Positions 1-9,246 of a stretch of DNA of 29,879 nucleotides are shown here, piece by piece. Numbering within the stretch: position 1 is the stretch's first letter; each line of letters starts with the position of its first letter. The notes beneath the pieces are model-generated. The model saw nothing but the letters and a program-made list of their open reading frames with translations, searched no databases and had not been told where the DNA came from. The stretch spans positions 1 through 29,879 of the forward strand of contig DYIS01000004.1 of NCBI GenBank assembly GCA_020723545.1, given 5' to 3'. Source of the stretch: Ktedonobacter racemifer. Lineage in GTDB: Bacteria; Chloroflexota; DTOL01; JACQYG01. The translations under genes were made by a program, and so were the position numbers.

Positions 1-70
1 TCCCGACACCTGTCCCCAGCCATGGGACCACCCGGCGCTGGATAACCTAGCCCGCCGGAGGGAACGAGCA

Positions 71-1428
<1,358 letters not shown>

Positions 1429-1441
<13 letters not shown>

Positions 1442-1662
1442 CCACAACACTGCCGAAAACCCCTCCCTTCCTGTGGATAAATGCCCCTTTTCCGTGGATA
1501 TCTTACCCATTTTGTGGACATCTTGACACCTTTAGGGGCCCTTTTAAGCCGAGTGACCACCATCTCCGGACATCTGGCCAAAGAGCAACCTGTCTCCCAC
1601 CCAGGAAAGGGCCCTCGTCCACCACTTCAACGTTTCCACGTGCCTACTGCTACTACGGCTAC
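1429..1662. other. Putative replication origin oriC (DnaA boxes plus DnaA-trios)
   Basis: Perfect box TGTGGATAA at 1472-1480; 2-mismatch boxes at 1429-1437, 1438-1446, 1493-1501 and 1513-1521. Degenerate box TTTCCACG, then TGCC, then CTA CTG CTA CTA CGG CTA (1644-1661), resembling the B. subtilis box-GC-trio unwinding element. Confidence 0.75.
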
Positions 1663-1704
1663 CTCTTAACCTCAGCAACATCTACCAGGCTCATTCTAGT
1701 CTCC

Positions 1705-1733
1705 TTGACAGGGTTCATCCAAGGTGATATGTT
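1705..1733 (+). promoter_or_regulatory. Sigma70-type promoter for the glycoside hydrolase pair
   Basis: TTGACA (1705-1710), 17-nt spacer, TGn-extended TATGTT (1728-1733). Confidence 0.55.
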
Positions 1734-1754
1734 AGACATGCCAGGCCAACCCTC

Positions 1755-3467
1755 TTGGAGAAATTGTCCGTGGCATTTCCTCGGGGAAACAATCACCGTC
1801 GAACGATCGCCTTTTTGGCAACTTTGCTGCTGCTCCTGCTGGCCAGCGGCATCGCTTTGCTGGCCTCGGGCCACCGGTCTTCCGGAAACAAGCAGGAGAT
1901 CAGGGCCCGGAGGATCCTGCCCAACACCGACGTGAACCCTTACGGGGCGAGCTTCTTCCTGACCCAGGAGGTGGAGGAGTGGAAGCTCAAGAAGACCTTG
2001 CAAATGGCCCAGGAGACCGGCATCGGCTGGGCCCGGCAGCAGTTTCCCTGGGTGGAGATAGAGCCTCAGAAGGGGAAATTCGTCGACGAACGGACGCAAA
2101 GATCCACCTGGGAGAAATTCGATCACATCGTGGAGCTCTGCGGCAGCTATGGGATAAGGGTGATCGCCCGCCTGGATGCGCCACCGGCGTGGGCCAGGAA
2201 CCAACCAGCCCTGGGAAGAGGGCCCCTGCGCGAACTATCTGACTTTGGTGATTTCGTGTATTCCTTTGTGAACCACTTCAAAGGCCGTATCCAGTATATC
2301 CAGCTTTGGAATGAGCCGAACCTGTGGTACGAGTGGGGCGATAATACGCCGGATGCCCGGCAGTACGTGGAGATGCTCAGGATCGGGTTTCAACGGGCCA
2401 AAGAAGCGGACCCCAATGTCTTCGTGGTCAGCGCACCCCTGGCTCAGACCCTGGAGCGTTCCCCTCGCTCCGTGCCCGACCTGGATTATCTGGAAGAGAT
2501 GTATCGAGAGGGGGCAAGGGAGTATTTCGACATCCTGGGGGCCAACGCCTTCGGCTTCGACCGGCCTCCGGACGACCCTCCCAGCCCGGATGCCTTGAAT
2601 TTTGCCCGGGTGGAATTGCTAAGGGAGATTATGGTGAGGAGCGGCGACGCCGACAAGCCGGTCTGGCTGGGTGAATACGGGTGGAACGCCTCGCCGGAGG
2701 GTTACCCACCCGAATGGTATATCTGGCGGCGGGTGAGCGAGGAACAGCAGGCCGAATATACGGCCAGGGGTATTCAGAAGGCCAGGGCGGAGTGGAACTG
2801 GGTGGGCGTGGTTAACATCTGGTACTTCCGCCAGGTGGGCCTCATACCGCCCGATCGATCTGAATACTATTTCCGCCTGGTGGATGTGGATTTCACCCCA
2901 CGCCTGGCCGCCCACGCCATCAAGAAAGATGCCAAATCCTTAAGCCTGGCCGGTCCGGGATATTACGAGGAGACAGCTTCGCCGGTGACGACGTCGGGGA
3001 GCTGGCAACGGCCGGTGGATGTCCATGCCAGCGGCGGGAGCTACCTGGCCACGAGCACCGCCGGGTCCAGCGTGGGGTTTTCGTTTTCCGGCGACACCTT
3101 GCGGCTGATAACGGCCAAGGGCCCCCAGGGAGGCACGCTGCAGGTAACGGTGGACGGGAGAGAGGCAAACGCCCTGCCCAGGGACAAGAAGGGCCGCGCC
3201 ATTCTGGACCTCTATAGCCCCATTCCTTCCTGGCAGGAGGGCGTGGTGGTGGCCCGAGGCCTGGGACCGGGGGAGCACAAGGCCCGCCTGACCGTCTCGG
3301 GCGACAGGAACCCGGCGGCCACCGGAAACGTGTGTGCCATCGATGCCCTGGAGGTCCAGGCCGGTGGGACGCCGGCCTGGTACTATTGGGCCTGGGGGCT
3401 GGTCCTGGCGGGGCTGGTCCTGGATGTGGGGCTCCTGTGGACATACCGGAAACGCCGGAGCACCTGA
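1755..3467 (+). CDS. Membrane-anchored clan GH-A (GH5/GH39-like) glycoside hydrolase with C-terminal beta-sandwich domain
   Basis: N-terminal hydrophobic segment, acid/base motif WNEP, nucleophile motif KPVWLGEYGW, beta-rich C-terminal domain, and C-terminal TM followed by RKRR. True start may be TTG 1764 or GTG 1770 (GGAG at 1757-1760). Confidence 0.8.
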   Translation: MEKLSVAFPRGNNHRRTIAFLATLLLLLLASGIALLASGHRSSGNKQEIRARRILPNTDVNPYGASFFLTQEVEEWKLKKTLQMAQETGIGWARQQFPWVEIEPQKGKFVDERTQRSTWEKFDHIVELCGSYGIRVIARLDAPPAWARNQPALGRGPLRELSDFGDFVYSFVNHFKGRIQYIQLWNEPNLWYEWGDNTPDARQYVEMLRIGFQRAKEADPNVFVVSAPLAQTLERSPRSVPDLDYLEEMYREGAREYFDILGANAFGFDRPPDDPPSPDALNFARVELLREIMVRSGDADKPVWLGEYGWNASPEGYPPEWYIWRRVSEEQQAEYTARGIQKARAEWNWVGVVNIWYFRQVGLIPPDRSEYYFRLVDVDFTPRLAAHAIKKDAKSLSLAGPGYYEETASPVTTSGSWQRPVDVHASGGSYLATSTAGSSVGFSFSGDTLRLITAKGPQGGTLQVTVDGREANALPRDKKGRAILDLYSPIPSWQEGVVVARGLGPGEHKARLTVSGDRNPAATGNVCAIDALEVQAGGTPAWYYWAWGLVLAGLVLDVGLLWTYRKRRST

Positions 3468-6139
3468 TGCCAAGAGGTGAGAGAAAAACCGCCCTCCTGG
3501 TCCTGGCCCTGCTGGCCGGCGCGCTGCTCATCACGTGGATATTGGGCGCGGTGGTGGCAGAGCACCGGGCCCGGACCCGAGGGGTAGGCAGCGGCTCAGG
3601 CCCGGCGCCGCGCCGCGAGGCCAACCTGTTTGGGGCCAACGTCTACTTGGATCAGGAGCGTTCCCGGGAGGAGCAGGAGCGCGTGCTGCGGCTGACCAGG
3701 GAGGCCGGGCTCTACTGGGTGCGCCAACGCTTCGCCTGGAAGGACATAGAGCCTTCTCCCGGGGAGTATTCCTGGGAGAAGTGGGATGCCATCGTGTACC
3801 TGGTCGGCCAATACGGCCTGGATCTCTTGGCGGTATTGGACACCTCTCCCACCTGGGCCCACAGCCGGGGCCCGGATACGTCTCCCCCCGATAGCCCCGG
3901 GGCCTTCGCCGATTTCGCCGGGCGCTTTGCCGAACGCTACCGAGGGCGGATCCTCCACTATCAGTTATGGGATGAGCCCAACATCTACCCTCACTGGGGG
4001 GAACGCTACGCCTCGCCCAGGGAATACCTGGAGCTGCTGAAGTTGGCTTACGCCAGGGTCAAGGCCGCCGATGGGCGCAATCGGGTGATCCTGGCCGGCC
4101 TGGCACCCACGGTCGAGCACAGCGAATGGAACCAGAGCGACGTGGACTACCTGGCCGAGTTGTACCGCCTGGGCGGCCGGAACTACTTCGACATCATCGC
4201 GGCAAAGCCCTACGGCTTCTGGACCGGGCCCGAGGATCGCCGGGTGGACCCGCGGATCTTGAACTTCTCCCGGGCGATACTGTTGCGGGAGACGGCGGTC
4301 AGGAACGGAGATGGCCAAAAGCCCATCTGGGCGGTGGAGTTCGGCTGGAACGCGTTGCCCGCAGCATGGCGCGGGCGACCATCGCCCTGGGGGTCGGATA
4401 GCGAGGAGCGACAGGCCCGACGCACCGCCCTGGCCATGGAGCGTGCCCGGGACGAATGGACCTGGCTGGGGGCCATGATGCTGCCGGGCCTGCACCTGCC
4501 GGGGGAGCCCGAGGACCCCCGGCAAGGGTTCGGGTTGGTGAATGGGGATTTCTCCCCTCGCCCGGCCTACCAGGCGGTGCAGGCCGTGGCCAGAGCCACC
4601 CAGGAGATGGCTGCCAGGCCCAGCGGGGTCAGCGAAAGCCAGCTACCGTATTACGGTGCGCTCTCGTTGCTAGCTGCAGCCCTGGCCCTCCTGTCGTGGC
4701 AATTGGTCCGGCAAGGGTCGCGCTTGCCGTGGGCTCGCTGGAGCGACTGGTACGTGAACCTGGGCCAGGGATGGGGAACGGCGCTCTTAGCGCTGGCTTT
4801 TCTTCTGTTTTACGGGCTCCCGTGGCCGCCCCTGAGCCTAGCTGCCCTGGTCTGGTTCGGGTATCTGGCCTATCTGCGGTTGGACCTGGCGCTCTACCTG
4901 ACGATCTTTTCCCTGCCATTTTACCTGTACCCCAAGACCTACGGCAGCATCGCCCTTTCCATACCTGAGATCACGGTGCTCTCGTGTAGCCTTTTGTGGC
5001 TCTGGAGGGGCCGGCGGACCATGGTCGGCCGCCTGCGCCACCCGGCGGCCGCGCTGAGGGGGCTCCTGTCAGCGATGAGACCCCGGGCCTTCCCCATGCT
5101 GGCCCTGGCATTCCTGGCCCTGGGGGTTCTCTCCCTGGGGGTCACCTCCAGCCTGCGCCTGAGCCTCCGGGAGCTGCGGGTGAACGTGCTGGAACCGGTG
5201 CTTTTGTACTTCCTCATGGTCAGCACCTGGCGAGAGGAGAGGCAGGTGGTCTCGGCAGTGAAGGCGTTGGTGGCTGGCGGGGCGGTGGTGGCGACGTACG
5301 GGCTATACCAGTGGCTCTTCACCGGGGACGTGATCACGGCCGAGGGGGTGCGGCGGATGCTGGCCACCTATCGCTCGCCCAATAACCTGGGGCTTTATCT
5401 GGAAAGGATAATCCCGTGGTCTCTGGCCCTGGCCTGGTCGGCCGGAAGGTGGCGGAAGATCTACCTTGGGGCACTGGGATCTCTGGGCCTGGCCCTGTTC
5501 CTGACCTTCTCGGTGGGCGCCTGGTTGGGGGCGGCCGGTGGCCTTTTTGCCGTGGGCCTGTTTCTTTTTAAAGGGAGGAAAGCCCTGGCCACCGTGCTGA
5601 TCCTGGGCCTCCTGGCAGGAGGCCTGGCGCTGCCCATCGTCAGGGTGGAGAGGGTGATCTCGCACCTGAGCTTCCGGCAAGAGACCACGACCTTTCTGAG
5701 GCTCCAGGTCTGGCAGGCGTCGGCGAACATGATCCGAGACCACCCACTGCTGGGCGTGGGGCTGGATGGCTTTTTGGAGCAGTACCGGACCAGGTACATC
5801 CGGCCCGAGGCCTGGAAGGAGCCGAATCTCTCCCATCCCCACAACCTGATCCTGGAGTTCTGGGTCAACCTTGGGGTGCCCGGAGTGGTGATCCTGGTCT
5901 TGTTCCTGTGGGGGTTCTACCGGCGGGCAAGCCATGTCTACCATGAGGTCCCCCCTGAGGGGGAGGGGCGGGCGATGCTCCTGGGCGCCATGGGCGCTAT
6001 GACCGCCGCGGTGGTCCACGGCCTAGTGGACCGTTTCTACTTCGGTGCCCCGGATCTGGCCTACGTCTTCTTTGTGACGCTGACGGTGGTGGAACTTTCG
6101 AGTTCCCGTAGGGCGCCGGAGACCGGGCCTCTCATCTAG
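3467..6139 (+). CDS. Fusion of a GH-A glycoside hydrolase domain and an O-antigen ligase (WaaL/Wzy_C)-like polytopic domain, about 890 aa
   Basis: Start reassigned to ATG 3467 (TGATG overlap with the upstream stop). WDEP and KPIWAVEFGW, then many TM helices with YRSPNNLGLYL, RLQVWQASANMIRDHPLLGVG, SHPHNLILEFW and HGLVD. Confidence 0.8.
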   Translation: MPRGERKTALLVLALLAGALLITWILGAVVAEHRARTRGVGSGSGPAPRREANLFGANVYLDQERSREEQERVLRLTREAGLYWVRQRFAWKDIEPSPGEYSWEKWDAIVYLVGQYGLDLLAVLDTSPTWAHSRGPDTSPPDSPGAFADFAGRFAERYRGRILHYQLWDEPNIYPHWGERYASPREYLELLKLAYARVKAADGRNRVILAGLAPTVEHSEWNQSDVDYLAELYRLGGRNYFDIIAAKPYGFWTGPEDRRVDPRILNFSRAILLRETAVRNGDGQKPIWAVEFGWNALPAAWRGRPSPWGSDSEERQARRTALAMERARDEWTWLGAMMLPGLHLPGEPEDPRQGFGLVNGDFSPRPAYQAVQAVARATQEMAARPSGVSESQLPYYGALSLLAAALALLSWQLVRQGSRLPWARWSDWYVNLGQGWGTALLALAFLLFYGLPWPPLSLAALVWFGYLAYLRLDLALYLTIFSLPFYLYPKTYGSIALSIPEITVLSCSLLWLWRGRRTMVGRLRHPAAALRGLLSAMRPRAFPMLALAFLALGVLSLGVTSSLRLSLRELRVNVLEPVLLYFLMVSTWREERQVVSAVKALVAGGAVVATYGLYQWLFTGDVITAEGVRRMLATYRSPNNLGLYLERIIPWSLALAWSAGRWRKIYLGALGSLGLALFLTFSVGAWLGAAGGLFAVGLFLFKGRKALATVLILGLLAGGLALPIVRVERVISHLSFRQETTTFLRLQVWQASANMIRDHPLLGVGLDGFLEQYRTRYIRPEAWKEPNLSHPHNLILEFWVNLGVPGVVILVLFLWGFYRRASHVYHEVPPEGEGRAMLLGAMGAMTAAVVHGLVDRFYFGAPDLAYVFFVTLTVVELSSSRRAPETGPLI

Positions 6140-6189
6140 ATTGCCTTGACAATGCTGAGCCGGGGGCAACCATCGCTACCGGGGCTTTT

Positions 6190-6203
6190 CTTTACCACTA
6201 AAG
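6190..6203 (+). repeat. Copy of recurring near-palindromic motif TTRCYASTAAAG
   Basis: CTTTACCACTAAAG in the convergent intergenic gap. Confidence 0.55.
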
Positions 6204-6239
6204 GAGCCGAGAAGGTGGGGGACAGGTTGCGAAGGATGA

Positions 6240-6836
6240 TCAGGCCAGGTAGAAGGAGCGGGCGAAGTTGATAGCGATGCGGAAGAGCGGTTCAACTATT
6301 CCTTTCAGGGCAACGGTGGCCAAAAGCGCGGCAATCCCCCCGACCACGGCACCGCCCAGTATATCTGAGGGAAGGTGGACCCCGCAGTAGACCCTGGCAA
6401 ATGAGAAGAGCAAGGCGAGCAGAAGGAGCCCGGCGCCGGCGCGGCGATTGAATAGCCAAATGATCAGGGCGAAGGTAAAGGCCATGGCCGCAGGGTTGCT
6501 GGGGAACGAGGAATCGGTGGGCCGATAGTAGAGCAGGTTCACCGTCAAAGTGGCGAAGGGCCTGGGGCGGAAGTAGAGCCCGTTGTTGGCGGCGACGATA
6601 GCGGCGGACAGGCCCTGGGCCAGTATAGCGTAAAGCACTGCTCTTTGATTGGTCTTGCGCAGATGGGGATTGGCTCCGGAGAACCAGAGGGCCAGAAGCA
6701 CCAGGGACATGCTCACCGGGACAAAATACTCGTTGACCAGCAGCCGCATGAGGCCGTCCAGCCAGGGAGACCGGCCAACCAGTCCGTTAACCGCTTGGAA
6801 CAGGGCCCGGTCGAGCTCAGTTATCTCCGGGATCAT
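6240..6836 (-). CDS. PAP2-family phosphatase (BcrC/undecaprenyl-pyrophosphate phosphatase-like)
   Basis: Start reassigned to ATG 6836 (GAGAGGAAAG upstream). Motifs RPRPF, SFPSNP and ARVYCGVHLPSD; several TM helices. Confidence 0.8.
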   Translation of the reverse strand: MIPEITELDRALFQAVNGLVGRSPWLDGLMRLLVNEYFVPVSMSLVLLALWFSGANPHLRKTNQRAVLYAILAQGLSAAIVAANNGLYFRPRPFATLTVNLLYYRPTDSSFPSNPAAMAFTFALIIWLFNRRAGAGLLLLALLFSFARVYCGVHLPSDILGGAVVGGIAALLATVALKGIVEPLFRIAINFARSFYLA

Positions 6837-7386
6837 CGGTCTTTCCTCTCGCTTTCCTCGGCCTCCGGCCGCTAGCTCTGGTACACCTTCCAGGTGAAGC
6901 GAGGAAACACCTGGAAGGTGTACCAGGGAGAAGAGAGATCCACCACCCATACGCGAAAAGGCGCCTGGCCCGGGCGGCGGGGAGGCGCAGGGGGGCCCGA
7001 AGGAGCTGGAAATAGCTGACCCTTTTCAAGGCGTCCAGGCCAGCCGGCGGGGGACCGGGCGGGTTAGCCTGGGTCGGCGGGCGCGGGGACCGGGGTTGGC
7101 GGTTCACCAGCGAACTTAAGGCCAGGGTGATCGAGATGGCCAGGAGGCAGCTCAGGGAAAAGAAAAAGATGAGCTGTGTGCCCTCCAGGCCGGGCACGTT
7201 CCGGTCAGCGGAGGAGAAAAACCAGTAGTAGGAGACAGAAATGGTGAGAAGGCCGGCCAGGGAGGAGGCCCTGGACCTGGCCGGGAAGAAGAAGAGGCCC
7301 TGGAGGCCATAGCGAGCAGCCACCAGTTGCAGGGTACCCAGGGCGCTGAGGGTGACGAAGATCATGTAGGCAGGCTCGATTGGCAT
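6817..7386 (-). CDS. Hypothetical membrane protein (about 3 TM) with a low-complexity C-terminal tail
   Basis: GGAGG RBS, hydrophobic segments, overlaps the PAP2 start; the last ~40 aa read through an inverted repeat. Confidence 0.65.
   Translation of the reverse strand: MPIEPAYMIFVTLSALGTLQLVAARYGLQGLFFFPARSRASSLAGLLTISVSYYWFFSSADRNVPGLEGTQLIFFFSLSCLLAISITLALSSLVNRQPRSPRPPTQANPPGPPPAGLDALKRVSYFQLLRAPLRLPAARARRLFAYGWWISLLPGTPSRCFLASPGRCTRASGRRPRKARGKTDDPGDN
6878..6926. repeat. Perfect 19-bp inverted repeat with 11-nt spacer (REP-like hairpin)
   Basis: CTGGTACACCTTCCAGGTG (6878-6896) and CACCTGGAAGGTGTACCAG (6908-6926). Confidence 0.9.
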
Positions 7387-7420
7387 GGCACCTCCGGCGC
7401 AACGAGCTAGAAGCGCCCTT

Positions 7421-7480
7421 CTTTGCCAGTAAAGAAACTAGTCAAAATCGTGCTTGGTCTTGCCTTCTTTAGTGGCAAAT
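7421..7480. repeat. Two inverted copies of TTRCYASTAAAG forming a 14/15-bp inverted repeat
   Basis: TTTGCCAGTAAAGAA (7422-7436) versus TTCTTTAGTGGCAAA (7465-7479), 28-nt spacer. Confidence 0.75.
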
Positions 7481-7552
7481 AAACTTACCGGCCGGACCTC
7501 TAGGGGCGATGAGTGCTCGGTGGTGGACGTCCGAGCGATGAGTTGCAGGTGG

Positions 7553-7581
7553 ATTATATTGCCAGGTACTGTGGCTGTCAA
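7553..7581 (-). promoter_or_regulatory. Consensus sigma70 promoter for the membrane protein/PAP2 operon
   Basis: Minus strand TTGACA (7581-7576), 17 nt, TATAAT (7558-7553). Confidence 0.7.
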
Positions 7582-7611
7582 GGACAGGGGAAGGCCGCCC
7601 TGGGCGAAGCC

Positions 7612-7640
7612 TTGCCTTGGCAGTCGAAGTCCGATATAAT
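7612..7640 (+). promoter_or_regulatory. Sigma70-type promoter for USP, TrkA-C ORF and murI
   Basis: TTGCCT (7612-7617), 17 nt, TATAAT (7635-7640). Confidence 0.55.
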
Positions 7641-7722
7641 TGCCAGCAGAGGGTGGGAGTGATCCGGGATTTTTTATTAGAAACAGTGCCAGCCGCTTTG
7701 CCTTGGCGAAGGTAAGGTTATT

Positions 7723-8142
7723 ATGTACAAGCACATCTTGTGTGCCACACGAGGTGGGGAAAACTCGGAGAAGACCGAGGAGAGGGCTATCAGGCTAGCT
7801 CGGGAGAACCAGGCGGGCCTGACGTTTCTGTATGCGGTTGATCCAGCCTTCGCCCAGGACCCTCGGAACGAACCAGGCCCGATGAGTGAGCCGGAGGGCC
7901 CCCATTGGCTAGGCGAACTGGTGCTGGAGATGGCGGTGCGGGTGGCCGAGAGACAAGGGGTTCAGGCCCAGCAGGAACTGCGGCAGGGGGAGGTGTTTGG
8001 CGAGATCAAGGAGTATCTGGCCCATCACCCGGAGGTGGATCTCCTGATGATGGGCGCGCCGGTGGGCGAGGTGAAGAACCATTTCAGCGACTTCGTAGGT
8101 GAGGTGGTGGCCAGCGGCAGAGAGGTCCTGATCGTAGAGTGA
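7723..8142 (+). CDS. Universal stress protein (UspA family)
   Basis: MYKHILCAT start, LTFLYAVD strand, GEVFGEI and DLLMMG motifs; 139 aa. Confidence 0.88.
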   Translation: MYKHILCATRGGENSEKTEERAIRLARENQAGLTFLYAVDPAFAQDPRNEPGPMSEPEGPHWLGELVLEMAVRVAERQGVQAQQELRQGEVFGEIKEYLAHHPEVDLLMMGAPVGEVKNHFSDFVGEVVASGREVLIVE

Positions 8143-8154
8143 TGAGGCCTGGGA

Positions 8155-8331
8155 ATGGAACTGGAGAAACGGCTGAGGAAGGTCGTCCTGGCGGTCCGGC
8201 GAAGCGATGGGTCCATGATCAATAATCCGAGCGCAGCGACGCAGTTGCAGCCAGGAGACAAGCTGATAGCCATTGGCACCAACAGCCAATTGAAGGCCCT
8301 GGCGCAAATGGTCAGGGTCACAAGGCCGTAG
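8155..8331 (+). CDS. Small stand-alone TrkA-C (RCK_C) domain protein, 58 aa (below the ORF-track cutoff)
   Basis: Manual translation MELEKRLRKVVLAVRRSDGSMINNPSAATQLQPGDKLIAIGTNSQLKALAQMVRVTRP matches the RCK_C pattern VLAVRR..G..I.NP.....LQPGD.L..IG. Confidence 0.7.
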   Translation: MELEKRLRKVVLAVRRSDGSMINNPSAATQLQPGDKLIAIGTNSQLKALAQMVRVTRP

Positions 8332-8349
8332 TGGGTGGGGAGGCGACGA

Positions 8350-9192
8350 TTGTCCGACCAGCGACCCATTGGGGTCTTCGACTCCGGGGTGGGCGGCCTC
8401 TCGGTGTGGCGGGAACTGGCGGCCCAACTTCCCCGGGAGAGCACGATCTACTTCGCCGACAGCGCCAATTGTCCATATGGCCCCCGGTCCAACCAGGAGA
8501 TCCAGGCCCTGGCCCAGGGCATCGCGGGCTTCCTGGCAGCGGAGGGGGCCAAGCTGATCGTGGTGGCCTGCAACACGGCGTCGGCGGCCAGCCTGGCTTA
8601 TCTTCGCTCCCTCTTCTCGGTGCCCATAGTGGGGATGGTGCCGGCGGTGAAGCCGGCGGCGGCGATGACGGCCAGCAAGCGCGTTGCGGTGATCGGCACC
8701 GCAGCCACCATCCAGGGACAGGTCTTCGCTGAGCTGGTGGAGCGTTTCGCTAACGGGGTGGAGGTGTACACAAAAGCGTGTCCCGGGCTGGTGCAGCAGG
8801 TGGAGAGGGGAGAACTGGAAGGTCCGGAGACACTCAGTCTCCTGCAGCGATACCTGGATCCGCTTCTGGCCCAGGGGATCGATACGCTGGTCCTGGGTTG
8901 TACACATTATCCCTTCTTGGAACCGGCCATTAGACGGGTGGTGGGACCTGATGTTATCATAATCGACCCCAGCCCTGCGGTGGCCAGGCAAACGGGAAGG
9001 GTTCTGGAGGAAAAAGGGTTGCAGGCCCATCTCGAAAGCCAGGCCGAGCATTTATTTTATACAACCGGCGACCCGAACCGTTTCCGTGAGATGATTCATA
9101 CCCTGCTCGGCATCTCTCCCGCGGTGCACCGGGCCGTGTGGCAGGGGCCTGGATTGAAACCGGTGGGCCCAACTGACTCGACAGACCATTGA
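8350..9192 (+). CDS. murI: Glutamate racemase
   Basis: DSGVGG, YGPRS, ACNTAS and VLGCTHYP motifs; TTG 8350 chosen because GGGGAGG lies 6 nt upstream. Confidence 0.95.
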   Translation: MSDQRPIGVFDSGVGGLSVWRELAAQLPRESTIYFADSANCPYGPRSNQEIQALAQGIAGFLAAEGAKLIVVACNTASAASLAYLRSLFSVPIVGMVPAVKPAAAMTASKRVAVIGTAATIQGQVFAELVERFANGVEVYTKACPGLVQQVERGELEGPETLSLLQRYLDPLLAQGIDTLVLGCTHYPFLEPAIRRVVGPDVIIIDPSPAVARQTGRVLEEKGLQAHLESQAEHLFYTTGDPNRFREMIHTLLGISPAVHRAVWQGPGLKPVGPTDSTDH

Positions 9193-9220
9193 CTGCTATC
9201 ACCAGGCTGTATATAATACA
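9189..9220 (+). promoter_or_regulatory. Sigma70 promoter with a palindrome over the -10
   Basis: TTGACT (9189-9194), 17 nt, TATAAT (9212-9217); TGTAT-ATA-ATACA palindrome at 9208-9220. Confidence 0.6.
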
Positions 9221-9246
9221 TGTACAAGTGACCGTTGGAGGGGGAG

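Noticed and set aside
6146-6195. TTGACA antisense promoter or terminator after the fusion gene
   Set aside because: No credible -10 at 16-18 nt, and the GC stem needs a bulge and a mismatch.
7504-7546. GGCGATGAG...GATGA upstream of a USP gene resembled a fluoride riboswitch
   Set aside because: P1 does not pair properly, the pseudoknot complement and CUAC end are missing, and the segment lies upstream of the predicted USP promoter.
7513-7662. 49-codon GTG-start ORF (…DELQVDYIARYCGCQG…)
   Set aside because: It runs across both predicted promoters, has a weak RBS and no recognisable domain.
8140-8145. Selenocysteine or stop readthrough joining USP to the TrkA-C ORF
   Set aside because: Two consecutive TGA codons, no Cys-equivalent position and no evident SECIS hairpin.
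7909-9051. 380-aa minus-strand ORF
   Set aside because: Antisense shadow of murI and USP, typical of GC-rich DNA; no domain signal.
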